Source: Rhizophagus irregularis
Lineage: Eukaryota
Direction of reading: 5' to 3'
Length of the DNA: 64,000 bases
Assembly: GCF_026210795.1 (NCBI RefSeq)
Contig: NC_089430.1
Coordinates: 1,302,001 to 1,366,000 of the forward strand
Shown in pieces: positions 15,477 to 28,407 of the stretch; position 1 is the stretch's first letter, and the number at the start of each line of letters is the position of its first letter. The position numbers and the translations under genes are program-made. Below the pieces are notes generated by a model. The model ran no database searches and was not told the DNA's origin. It saw only the letters and a list, made by a program, of their open reading frames with translations.

Positions 15477-18347
15477 GAGCCCGATCATAAACCGGAAGAT
15501 TTAGATTACCATTTCGTTTATAAATGAAGTCTTCATTCTTCTTTTTTTATAATATTATTCCTTTTTTTTTTAAATAAAATAAATATTTACATTGGCGTAT
15601 TTTTAATTCAGAAAAAATTATATTTTTAAAATCTAAAATTTCTTTTAAGTAAATTGTAATTTAACAAGAATATTTCTCCCGTTAATACGCGTGTAAACAT
15701 CGTGCCTGCGTCATCTGTTTGTAGTATTTCTTGTTATAAGGTTTACTGGTTTAGCAAGTATTGGGATTGTTCGAATAAAATATTCTCTCAGCTAACTTGA
15801 TCCACGCATCACGGCTTTTGAAGAGTATCCACTAATCGAAGAGGCAACGATTATTCACTGATCCACTTTTTAATGATACATGTGTTATCAATGATATAAA
15901 TAAAAACCTAATCGTTAACAAATACGTAAGTTTAATAAAAGGATAATTATGCATACCTTATGGAATTATCCTTAACCGATAAATAATATTGAAGCGTCCT
16001 TCAACTTACAAAGGAAGCGTATTCGGTTATCAATAGCGATGATAAGACTTTCATAGAAGAACGCTATGGTGAAGCAAAAAAAAAAATAATTATAGTCCAA
16101 ATGGGAGACTGTCAGTTTGATTTTTAAAACAGCATCAGGAAAAATAAAATGCAACTCAAGACCTACCTTATCTTGGCAAATTAAAAAGTAAACTTTTTTT
16201 TTTTTTCTAAAACAGTATTGATATATAAAAGTCTCTTCAAGCTAAGATACTGCTCTTATATAAACCTTCGGAATATTTTATACTAAGTATGGACCTGTGA
16301 GACATTGCTCACAGACTGAAAGTACTGTAAGTTTAGACAAGGATATATTCTAACAATTTATATGCGAAGAAGTACCCTACCTCTCATTAAAGTGAACAGA
16401 GAAGTGCAAAACGGGAAATTTATAATAATGCAAATTTTTTATAAATAATTATGAGTATTTCTAAATTTTGGGAGTTATTGATAAATACTAAGGAAAGCAT
16501 TGATAAAGAGAAATTAATTTATTTCTTAAATTTGAGAAGTTGTAGAAACGTAGAAGTTTTTATTTAAGTCTGATGTGAGAATGTACTTTCACGTTGTGTA
16601 TTACGTTCTTTGAACGAAATCTACATTTTGAACTTCCTTAATTGATGTTAAGCACGAATAAATTCCCAAAAAATAGTTTTTGAGCCCGCACTTTTTACGG
16701 TTAAATATGAGAGTAATTATTAATTTATTGAGACAAAATTTTTTTTTATAATAGTTCTTTTACTGTTTATAAAGTAATTCACAATATAAAATTTTTAACT
16801 ATTTTGATTTTACACTTTAGTTATAAAATTCCGATTATTAAAATCTGCGAAAGCATTTAAATTGTAGATATTGGTTTTTAAAAATTCAATGAAAATAAAA
16901 GAGAAAAATTAACTACTGGTGGGTATTGAAATGATATATATATACATATTTGTATTTTTATTAAAAAACAAATATTCAATTGCTTCATATTTCTAATAAT
17001 GGTCCACATTACTGTTATACAGTCGTAATTGATTTGCAATGTCTGTTTATCAATAAACGCGTCAATAACGTAACTTATGATAGTCATGTTCGTATGTAAG
17101 ATTTGTGTTACTTCAGGAGACATGACTGGTCTAGAACTTTCCTAATATGATGTAGTATGCGTGCCGATTATTTGATTAAGTTTTAGAATTGGTCATTTGC
17201 GAATTTTGGATAAACTTTCTTTTAACTTACTATTGTCACAAAAATTGGCATACATTACTCTTAGTTTAGGTGAAAGGATTTTAAAATAAGTTCAGTTTTA
17301 GACCGGTCCATACTCATAAGACATTTTCGGTCATTCTTTTTTCTAGGGACGAATTCTACAGTTTATTGTAACGAGTTTATTGGTGTATTTGTTCAATTTT
17401 CACTTTTACTTATTTTATTGGTTGTTTTTGTTATTCCTTTTTTAGGAGCATGTTATATAGATTCTTTGAAGTATGTTCGTTCAACTCCTTTTTTAAGAAT
17501 AATATTTATATTTTAGGAAGTTTCTTGGAATGGTTTTTGAGGTAATATATTTGGGCAACTTAATTTTGAAGTACAGTAATTTCTATTTTATTTGTTAAAT
17601 AATCAAACGAATTGGGATGGATTTCTAGGAGCGAGAGATGAAGTGTTATAAGTTACCCTTTTAGATATTTTATTTTTGATTTTGACTTTTTGAGAAGGAT
17701 ATTTGATTTATTTTAATTTACAGCTCAGAACTATCAAAAATTTATAAAAAAAAATGAAATTGGTATTTCTCAATATAAACATTTTAAGTTTTAACCCGAT
17801 TTAATACGATTTTGAAAGGTTAAATGATCCTCAAAAATATTCATTTAAGGTAGAGTAATTATCAATTCAATTATCTTTCTAATAATTTATTTGATAAATC
17901 AAATTCGATTACCTCATTGTAAAATAAAAAGTTATTATAAGTAACAGGAAAATTATAAATCATTTTCTGTTATAGGAAAAAAAACAGTTCAAAGAATTAA
18001 CTGACAAAAAAAAATATAAGAAAAAATTTTGACAACAAAATTAAAGTACTTAATAATAATAAAAAAAAAGGACTTCTTAAAAGATTAAATAATAGATCAG
18101 CGCAGCAGATTTACTTCGGTAAACGTTATTGTTGCTGTTATGCAAAAAATCACGTTTGAACGTTTCCTTCTTGACTTTTTCCTTCTCTTCTTCTTTCTCT
18201 CCTTCTACTTCTTCTTTCGCAATAGCAAACCAGCTTTTCAAAAGGTTTCAACATATTTTCAAAACGCAATTTACCGATTTTTTTTTTTCAATAAATTCGA
18301 TATTTTATATTTTGTTGCAAGTCGCAATGGCCGCAGTAACTACAGCC

Positions 18348-18573
18348 ACCCCAGCGTAAAAAAAAATGTCACGAAATGGCCGGCATTACGCAACTTGACT
18401 GATAGTAAGTGTGGCGCTCATGTGACGGATAGTGCGTGACGAATAGGATTTTGTTTACTAAAAAAATTTCCAGAAACTTATGAAAAATGGAAACAAGGAA
18501 GGGCGTGACACCGGTGATGAAAAATCTCACGTGATTTTTCGTGACATTTTTTTCAGGTTACGCTGGGAAAATC
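18348..18573. mobile_element. ~226-bp MITE-like insertion
   Basis: Imperfect inverted repeats CCCAGCGTAA..AAAAAAATGTCACGAAA / TTTCGTGACATTTTTTT..TTACGCTGGG; flanked by 8-bp direct repeat CTACAGCC (18340-18347, 18574-18581); absent at the homologous site of the previous unit (~12755 GTAACTGCAGCCTCAGC). Confidence 0.75.
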
Positions 18574-19559
18574 CTACAGCCTCAGCATTCTAAATCATCA
18601 TTATCAAAGAGGAAAAGTTTTCATCAATTTAAAATAAATTCAAACTAGAAAAAAAACCCTAAAAAATTAAATTTTAATTTATACGATCTGGGTCGAGTTG
18701 GATTTTCCCGTTCAAGTCCTTCGCGTTGCAAGCGTTACGTGATTTAGTGATCTACGTGTCATTTATTTATTTGGCATATTTCAGGGGTCTAATAGACATT
18801 CAAAAATAGGAAATAAAATTGTCGATTGTGACAGGGACAAAACCAAATTTTGCTAGTAAATAGTCCTTCGCTAACGCTTCGGACAATAAATAAAGAATTA
18901 TATCGTTGATGGATTCGTTGTAAATACCATGTCATTCTTTAATTTTTTCATAATCTTTACATAACGACAGGAAAGATTTTCATCACTTCTATAAACTCTT
19001 TGATGGAGTATTATTTAATCTCCCGAAGTAAAGAATGTTTGTTTTGAAAAGCTTTGGGGATCTTCCAGAAGAAAACGGGATTTGTACTATGTAACATATG
19101 TTTATTAGGATATGATCAGGCATTGATGTTTATACATATAGTCAGTAAAATATAATGCATGCATGACATCTTTTTTTTTTAAAAAAAAAAGAAAAAAAAA
19201 AGAATGGGTTGATCTTTTTTTCTTTTTAATTTTTGAAGTTTTCTAGTATTTTATATATATAGTATATTATTTTAGATGGATAATTTCATATACTGTAATA
19301 CGAATTAAACATCTTGAATTAACAATATATTAAATATTACTTTCAGAACTTGATATATTGTAATGACTATGTAAATATGTAATATAACGAATCCATTTTT
19401 TAAGAGTTTATCCTTATTGTATATATGAAGTATGAACATATAAAAATCGGTATAATAAACAAATTTTGGTGAACCAGGAGTTCATTATATCTAGAGAAGT
19501 TAACGGTTCGGTCCGATCATTATCCAATCAAAATTAGGATTTGGGTGGATTGAATAATT

Positions 19560-20920
19560 TTCAAAGAAAGTTCTACATTCACGTCCTCCTCGACCAAGGC
19601 CGAAGCTATGGCAATAGCAACAGCATTAATAACGTGTTCACATTATAGTAAAGTTACTATATATACAGGATTCAGCAAATTGTATTTTGGCCTATAATTA
19701 CATAAACAACACATTGGCTTCTCAAAGAAAAAATTAAAAATTGACTCTCATTTAATTTAGCGTTTCATAAAACAAATGATCGATTTGAAACGTCTCCGAA
19801 TCTCTTTAATAAAAATTATTCTAATGATCAATACACCAACATGGCGGACGAGTTAGCAAGTTCTCTACTCCCGATATATATCATCCCTGATGCGCTCTTG
19901 GGACAATATGGTCCGTTAGACAGAGACATACACAAATGGGCCAAACAAATTACAGAAGCCTTCACTTTTTCTTCATTCTTCAACAATACATCTATTCTCC
20001 TATATTTAAAAATTTAACATAACAGAAATTGACTGGCGGGACTCTTACAGAACAATGGTTAGAATCAAAAATAACTGAAGATAGATGTAATGAAAAGAAA
20101 AACTTTCTGTATCAAGCTCCTCAACAAAATCCTTCCAGCGGGGACATATTACAAAGACTGAAAGACGCTATCCAAATTTGTATCTTTCCGACGACATTTT
20201 ATGTCCTTTATGCATCCAAGAGAAAGAATCAAATAGACACTTGGGATTTTGTCAAGCCTTATTATCAGATGTTAACCGTATGATACGCTCTCAGAAATTA
20301 TTTTTACAAGTATACATTCCGGCAGACGCGTTAGACTCCGTCTTACCCGTAGTGTTAAATTGATCTCCGCTCTTCAAGGAAGTCGTTAACGATCATCACA
20401 TCAGTTGATACCTCAAGAATTAACAAACCTAGTTTACAGCTTTATCAAAAAATACAAGGAACGCAAACGATGTTATACTTGTTATACTACGGCTCCTTAA
20501 CGACAGAACTTACTAACTCAAGGACACGCACGAACAACAATAGGTCTACTAGTCATTTATGCTACCTCAAATTATTTACACTTGGGGATTGGACTAGTAT
20601 TGAACTTCTTATGTTAAACAGCATAACAATATGAATTCATTTATAATAAATAGATCACTGAAATATTTTAGATTTCTTTTCTTTTACTTTTTTTCATTTA
20701 GATTCTGTATTTCATTTTATTCTAGCACTTCTTTTAATAATTTGGTTAATCCCGTTATTTTGTAGTTCTGTTTATCTTGGTTACAATAACAGGAAGGACG
20801 ATTCCTTCAGGCTTCTGGAGAGTTAGATCTTAAAGATATTATAGATTTGAATATTTTTAGATAGATTTTCACTATAAGCTTCTATTCTTGTCTACATTTC
20901 AAAAATAAAAAATAAAATAA
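19560..20920 (+). mobile_element. Degenerate 3' fragment of an RNase H-containing LINE
   Basis: ~19586-19685 reads SSTKAEAMAIATALITCSHYSKVTIYT/DSANC (RNase H, frameshifted), paralleling the intact-order motifs at 23388-23636; many stops; ends in AAAAATAAAAAATAAAATAAA at ~20901-20920. Confidence 0.65.
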
Positions 20921-21178
20921 ACAAGTAAAAATTCTAAAATCTAAATAATACATTAAAAACTTAATAAATCTAAAATTAAATCTATTTTTTTATGAAATTC
21001 TATTACTAAGTTCTAATACTATTCTAATCAAATGGAGCTTTTAATTGAGTATAATTTTGTTTGATAAGATGAAAATTTCGCATGCGCATGTGATATTATT
21101 TCCCATCCAATCATTGGTTTTAAATTTATCATTAGCCAAAAGTCAATTCCACAGATCGGAAGTTAAAAAGGCTTTTAT

Positions 21179-21917
21179 TTATAACCGAAACGATAATTTT
21201 GGATCATCCGGTTTATGATCGGGTTCAAGAGTACGTAAATGAATTTGTTGATGTGTTAAATTATTGTAAATAGGTGAAAGAGAAACATCATTAGTTTCAT
21301 TAGGATTATTTAAGAACCACGGGAACGATGGAAGAGTTTGAGGACCACTCAAAATCGATGGGATTTTTGCATAATAATTAAATGAGTAACGCAAGAGGAT
21401 GGGACTAGAAGATACCCTCCCACCGTATGTTTGGGGATTAAAGATGATAGTGGATGTTCTTTCATCATGTGCTTGAGGATTAGGGAAGGTAACGAATGCC
21501 CCTCCACCGTGAGTCTGAGGTCCATCACCGTTATCGTATGTTTGGGAATCATTTAAAATCGATGTGATTTTTGCGTAATGATTGGAGAAGGGTGGGCTAG
21601 AAGATGTTCTTCCATCATGCGTTTGAGAATTATGAATGATGGCAGATTCCCTACAATCATCAGATTGAGGTCTATCACCATTGTCGTATGTTTGAGGAAC
21701 ATTCAAAATTGAATCGATTTTCGCGTAATGATTGGAAAAGGGTGGACTAGTAGATGTTTTTCCATACATACCACCCAAGTCCAAGAGTCCAGAATTATGC
21801 AAGGCGAAGTCTACCAAAAAAAAAGGAACGGTTAATAAAACTTGTTTATTTAATTAAAATAACTGAAATTTTGAAATAATTTTCAAACATACCATTAGCC
21901 CCTCCAATGGAGCTAGA
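21179..21917 (-). pseudogene. Tandem-family repeat protein, copy 4: inverted, 5' part lost at a LINE junction (exon 3 21810-21179; exon 2 remnant 21917-21893)
   Basis: ORF 21179-21817 is homologous to exon 3 of copies 1-3 (HYAKITSILN, LPSFPWFLN, PKLSFRL). The exon 2 remnant TCTAGCTCCATTGGAGGGGCT matches copy 3 and abuts the LINE A-rich tail. Confidence 0.75.
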
Positions 21918-24900
21918 TTTATTTTATTTTTATTTTATTTCAGAGAGGAGTAACCAATGACAAAAACATATAAGAAGTAAACTACTATACAGAAGAAACT
22001 ATACAAATATGAGTACTGTGGCTATACATCCCTTGAGCTTATCAAAGGACCTCACCCTCCGGGCGACACTACTCTAACAGTAAAACTACGCTACTGATAA
22101 AGGGTTCAAACAAAAAGAGAAAAATAAAGCACCTAATAAAAACCCTAAGTATCTATAAAAAGAAAGATTAATAAAAGTATAAGTAGGTAGTTTGGTAACT
22201 AGAGATTATAGCCCGTTGGGCTTAAATATGAAATAAAAATAAATTTTTATATATAGATGAATGAAAGTGCGAAAGATCATCATTAAGAGATGATAGCCAT
22301 GGTAAATTATGCATAAAATTGGATGACGTTAAATATATCCAAAGGTTATTATTATCTATTAGTCTTCTCGTATCATTGAGAGGACAATGATAGCCTTGAT
22401 CCATGCGTGGTGTGGGTGTCGTACGTGATTGCGAATTCGTTTGATTTTCTTGACGAAAGTTATGACGATAGTTGATAAATGATTTCTTCGATAGGTTTAA
22501 TGATTTCTTCATTTGTTTCCAATGAAGAGTTCTATATTTCCAAATTTTCTCGTATAATTCTCGATGTAATTCAAATAAAAATTTTAATAAATTTTTTTTT
22601 GTCGTATGTTTATTGATTTTTGCTGCTTTGAATGGGTATGTGAGGTCCGATGGGACAAAATTCAAAAGTAGGCTGTGTAGTTGAGGAATATCCTTTATCT
22701 GATTAGGGGTTTTTTGATCCATTTGAAAATAGGATTACGCGTAATATGATCTGAATATAACGCATATAAAGAAGTAGATTCCGATGTGATAAGTGTTTTG
22801 TATTTCTCGTAAAATGTGGCGAATATTGGTGTAATGATGGAGAGTACTTGTGGGCAGTTCCATAGGTGGTTGTTTGTTTCTATATAAGAATTACAGAGGA
22901 AACATGTGTTATTATCTTTGAGTAATTCTGGATAGTTGCGATTGAGAATGTCCAGTGTTGGTAAATTGTTACTAGAACATTTAATACGCCAACTGACGTG
23001 TTTAGAGTATTTTTCGCTGGTGGGTTTTATGAAAGGGTTATATTTGAACCATAGTTGCGAAAATTCCCAATCGATGATATTATCTAGGGTGTAATCTTTG
23101 AGTTTGTGTAAGTTTTGGTGAGATAGATGTTGTTCGAAATATTGGAAATTAATAATTCTTTTTAGTGTTTTACGTATATTGCAGTCTATAATAATAGAGT
23201 CGTTGAATGTCAAATGACATGGTTGAGTGGTAAGGTGTTGTACGTTAATTTGAAAGAATTCTTTAAATGAAGTTCCTTCTTTCGCTAATAAATCGGCGGC
23301 ATCATTTAAAGGATGTCCTGAATGTGCTTTGACTTTAAATAATGAAACGTTCAATTTCAGTTGGTTGATAATATGTTTTATCGTATTTTATAAGACACAA
23401 TTGTTCAATTTTTGAAATCGTCTGGCTGTTAATTTTGGGGAATATAGTGAATTGAAGGTCGCAATACAGCTTGCTGAGTCGGTGTAGATATGTATATTAC
23501 TATTAGGAGGGCATACTATTAATGATGTTAATATGGCTACTAGTTCAGCTTTTGATGAGCTTGGCCATTCTTTGCATGATCCTGAGTATTTAATATTATC
23601 TGCAAGGTTGGATGTAAATATCCAACCATAACCCATAATTGGGATTTCATTGTCTCTATTAAGCGATCCATCTGTATAAAATTCAAGATTAGTATAAGAT
23701 GAAAGTGATGAAGTAATTTTTAGTAAGGTATATGTAAAGAATCGGGAATAACTAATTGTAATATAAGATTACGATTAATAAGGTGAATATTTTGTAAATC
23801 TATTTGTTGTTTTAAATTAGATCGGTATAATAAAGGATCATTAGGTATAAAATTGGCGTTTGAGGGGCGTGTATTTCTTATATTAAAATCTATAATAACT
23901 TTTTGTTTAATGGTAGAAAATTGTTGATTACATTTGTAATAGGGTTTGTTATAATTTTGAAAATTTAAATTGCTTTTCGAAATATTAATTATTATAGTTG
24001 AATCAGAAAGTGAGGTAATGTAACAAGTGTTAGAATGTCTATTATTAAGTGTACAAATTTCTGACAAATTACATCCATTACATTTAGATAAGTATGTAGG
24101 ACGTGAACGTGGAGTTAAATTCGAATGTGATGGGTGTGAATCAGTAATATGCGTAAAATGTTCGAAAGTAATAGTTTGGTGATGATGATAAAAGTGTTGT
24201 TTTTCTATGACTCTCCCAAAGATTACATTATTAGTGTGAGGGCACCAATATGCTATCCATATATTTTTGATTCGTGTAGTATTTGTACTTTGAGGAATAA
24301 TTTTAGGACGTGTGATCAACGGATTTTGCGTTTTGACTGGAGGTAAGTCAAAATTGAGGCGTAGATTATGTTGGTTGATGACTATGTTGTCGTGTAGATA
24401 TTTATACCATCCTGGTGATCGACCTTGTTTGTTGGTAAGAGATTTTTTAATTTCTTTCCATGTTTTGAGAAATAAGCCATCTACGGTAATAATTTGTTCA
24501 AGAAAGAATATATCTTTGTTTTTTAACGATTTTACAAAATTAAAAAATTGATTAGAATGTATAAGATATGGTGATATGGGGTAGGTTCCTCCTTTTGTGT
24601 TAAATTTGAAAGAAAATTTAAATTCTAATTTATAATTATGCATAATGCATAATAAATTTTCTATTCTATTTAGTTTTTTAGAAGATGTATCTAAATATTT
24701 TGTGGTAAAAAAAAGATCATTGGTCCATAATCTGGATTGTGAATATAAAATTAGATATTCTATAATATTACGTGTTAAAGGGCTGTTTGTTTGTGTGTTT
24801 AAAAGTGATGTTTGTGATAAAAATTGGTGATCCCAAATATTTAAAATATTAGGATATATTTGATTATGGATAATTGTGTTGTAAATAGAACGTAATAATA

Positions 24901-25508
24901 ATAAGGAAGATTTATAAATGGAACGTAATGTTCTATTAAAATTATTACAAATATGAGGTAAAATGATGAAATGTTGACATAAATATTCGATCCTTGGTAT
25001 AAGAACCTTATTAATAACGTAAATAACATGATCGTGTGTAATTCTTTTCTTTCGCAAGTTAGAACTTGTATATTTTAATAATCTATTGATTTTGTTAATG
25101 GTGAATGTGAAATTGTTGTTAGTGTTAACATATATACCTAGTATTCTTTCGTTACTAATAGGCGGTATAATGTTGATATTAACTATGTCTAAGGATGGTG
25201 CCGTAATTGGGCAATTGCGGATTAATTGCGGATCTGCAATATTGCGGATTTGCGGATTTCAGAAGTCCAAATATCCGCAAATCCGCAAACCGCAATTATC
25301 CACAAATCCGTAAAAAATCCGCAAATTAGCCAATTAAATACTGTATCACGATCATTACTCAATCTATATATTTATATCGAATCATCAAATTTAGTATTAT
25401 TACTCACTCTATTATAATATAATCAATTTATAATGCATCAAAACATCAAAACAATTGTATCTAAATTCTTCTTTTTCTATTTACTTTTTTCAACAATTTA
25501 TTATTAAA

Positions 25509-27990
25509 ATGTCAAAAACACCTTCTTCGGCTTTTAATTTAAAGATTCGTGGAAAAAAAGTTGAGCTATTGCCTGAAGACGAAGAATTAATTTCGTTAGC
25601 ACTGTCAATTATTTGGACTAAGTCTAATAAAAAAATTGAATCATGTAATTTTGACCAAGATAAAGTAAGATTATCTTTCAAAAAGAATGAGGGACGCGTT
25701 TATTTTGACTTGCAAGAATCGGCTTTAGATTTTACATTCATCAATAAGGTATTCCATAAGGCCCTTTTTAAATGATTTTGATTTCGCTTATAATTTTTTT
25801 TTTCAGTCCACCTTTTTCCCTTGAATTTTCGTTTCTGGACAATTTTGTCCACTTTTTTTGTCTCGTTTCTGGACAATTTTGTCCACTTTTTTTTTGTTCT
25901 ACCTTTTTCTCGTTTCTGGACAATTTTGTCCACTTTTTTCTGTTCTACCTTTTTCTCGTTTCTGGACAATTTTGTCCATTTTTTTTTGTTCCACTTTTTT
26001 CCCTTGAATTTCCGTTTCTGGACAATTTTGTCCACTTTTCGTTTCTAGACCACTTTTTTCTCTTGGTATCAGAACCATTTCATTTTAGAACAAATGATTT
26101 CATTTCTGAACAAAATTCATTACTTTTTAGGGTAATTTGGCTGAACTTGAACGCTACAAATCGCTATATGAATTATATAAAGGTAGATACGAAGTAATTC
26201 GTTTACAGGTAAATATGTGAATGAATTTTAATATTTATATCTTAATTTTGTTTATATTTTATTTGTTTATTTATATATTTTCTAATAATAGCCAGAAAAT
26301 ACACGTTCAACTACATCTGGTACAACTGGTAGCGTGAATGAATCATTAAGAGAATTGTTACAATATTCAACACCCGAACACACGTGCCTAGAATCCTCTC
26401 CCAGCTCGTCATTATATCTTAAACCCAATGATTCAGAACTTGCCTGTGTGTTAAACAGTGATTTATCCATAAATAATCTTTCTACTTCTGACACTGAAAC
26501 AAAAATTTGGTCGAATTTGAATATACGCTGTATCAAAAAATTTGGCGGACAAGATCACATAAAAAATGATGTTTCTATTTCTGACATAATGTGGGCCAGT
26601 ACAACCTTACCTGCGTACCGCAGCTGGAACACAATGAAGAATTATTATGATGACATTGATGAATGGATCGCAAAAATTAGTAGCTTCTGTAAGTTAAATT
26701 TATCAAATTCTGAAATTGTTCTTGATTATTATATTTTTCTTATAATATTTATATCTAAATTTTCTAGGTACTGCTAATGATGATGAGGATAACAATTTTC
26801 AACCTACTGAAGCTGCAAATTCAAGTTCTACTAGGGATGAATCTGGCAACAGTGAAATTAATTAATTTAACCCACCTTCACAATACAAAGTAGTTCCAGC
26901 ATCAGCACGAGCATCAACCACGGAAGTTGAAACATCGATGAAACCACCAACAAGATCAATAACATCTAAAGTAAAATTAGCAACACAAGTGCCAACTAGA
27001 GAAGTGATAGTATCTATAGAACCACGGGTACCAACTTCAGAAATGAAGTCATCGGCGGAGGTACCTCCAGAAATGACATTGGCGAAATCAGTGGAATCAA
27101 GTGTGGCAGAATCACAAGTACCTTCAGAAATGGCAGTGGAGGAATCAGCAGAATCAGCAGAATCACAAGCACTAGCTTCAGAAATGGAGGAATCAGAAGA
27201 ATTAGAAGCATCAACATCTGTGTCGTTATCAAAATCCATTGTACGAAAACGTAATTTCTCAGATGATGATGACGACGACGATGATAAAGCCAAATTATTA
27301 AATTCTACCCAATTGTTATTATTCAAAAAGGGAAAGAAACTTCACGATATTTTGTTAGCAGATTCATCGTTTAATGGCGAACTCATTGCTTCTGAAGAAT
27401 TAAAAGTATCAGATATATCCAATGACTTAAATGAAATGCTGAAAGTTGACCCAGTCAAAATCGTTGATGAGAAATCTGCTAAAGATCGAATCGATCAATG
27501 GCGAAGGCAAGAATTACAATGTGAAAATTTTGTTATAGCCGCTGAGTCTTTTAATTTATTACATTTGGTGTTCTTGGTCCAAATTTATGATGATCTATTT
27601 AAACTTGGAGAAAAATTAAGAACTGACCCTAATAATAATATAAAAACTACAAAATCTTGGGTTATTCAGTTCATGCGGTCTGTGCTTAAAATTGGCGACA
27701 AAATGGAACAAAGGAATAGGGTAGGATGTGATCGATTACGAAGGTTATTTAATGAAGGAATCACGAGTACGCAACTTGCGAAAGCTGGGTGCCATAAGTG
27801 CGATTTTTTCGTTAAACAAGAATATTATGAAGTATTTTTGTCCCAAGTTCCTACATTAGAAACTCGTCAATCAATTTCAAGTTTGTCGAACGAACGTCTT
27901 TCTGAAATCTTGTCTACTGCTAATCCAGATAGTACTGCACAAAAAAAAAAGAGAAGAGTTGAATTTATGGGGAGGAATTCATTAATATAG
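25509..27990 (+). pseudogene. Second (cargo/accessory) gene in the hAT element, unknown product; exons ~25509-25748, 26131-26208, 26292-26688, 26768-27990
   Basis: GT-AG junctions link ORFs 25455, 26334 and 26938 in one frame; one in-frame TAA at 26863-26865; S/E-rich linker then a helical-looking domain (NRVGCDRLRRLFNEGIT..GCHKCDFF). Confidence 0.65.
25800..26050. repeat. Tandem array of quasi-palindromic TCTGGACAATTTTGTCCAC units inside the hAT
   Basis: About 5-6 copies; same motif also at ~28216-28290. Confidence 0.9.
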
Positions 27991-28407
27991 CGGATAAATA
28001 AAAAAAATAGTGAATACATTGAATATGTTGGTTAGTGGGTAATATCATTATCAACAAAGAAGCATGTATTTTATATTGGCATAAGTTATACGCGTTAGAT
28101 AGATAATTAAATGTATAGATAATTAAACGTAACATTTACATATTTTCAAATTGCACAGGGAAGCTTCTGTCCAAAGTTTCTAAAGCAAAAAAAAGTAAAG
28201 TTTTCTGATTATAAAGTGGACAATTTTGTCCAAAATAAAAAATAAAGTTTTCTGAATACAAAAGTGGACAATTTTGTCCAAAATAAAAAGGGAGGACAAA
28301 ATTGTTGATATGCATTATAAAATACTATCAAATTTATTAGATATTAAATGTTCACAATAAGTACAAATATGAATATTATATAGGCAAAATAAAAGTCAAA
28401 AAAAGAA

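Larger units (their letters stand above)
1..19500. repeat. Tandem segmental duplication, ~5-6 kb diverged units (gene plus long flanks)
   Basis: Homologous blocks recur, e.g. ...GGAATGG(T/G)TTTGAGGTA... near 125, 6495, 11997, 17528; GGAAATTTATAATAATG at ~4785, 10805, 16413. Confidence 0.9.

Noticed and set aside
25700..26197. ORFs at 25700, 25772, 25821 and the analogous ORFs at 30806-31292 and 31429-31886
   Set aside because: Translations of hAT internal and subterminal tandem repeats.
26862..27326. Antisense ORFs over the hAT cargo gene
   Set aside because: Shadow frames of a low-complexity S/E-rich coding strand.
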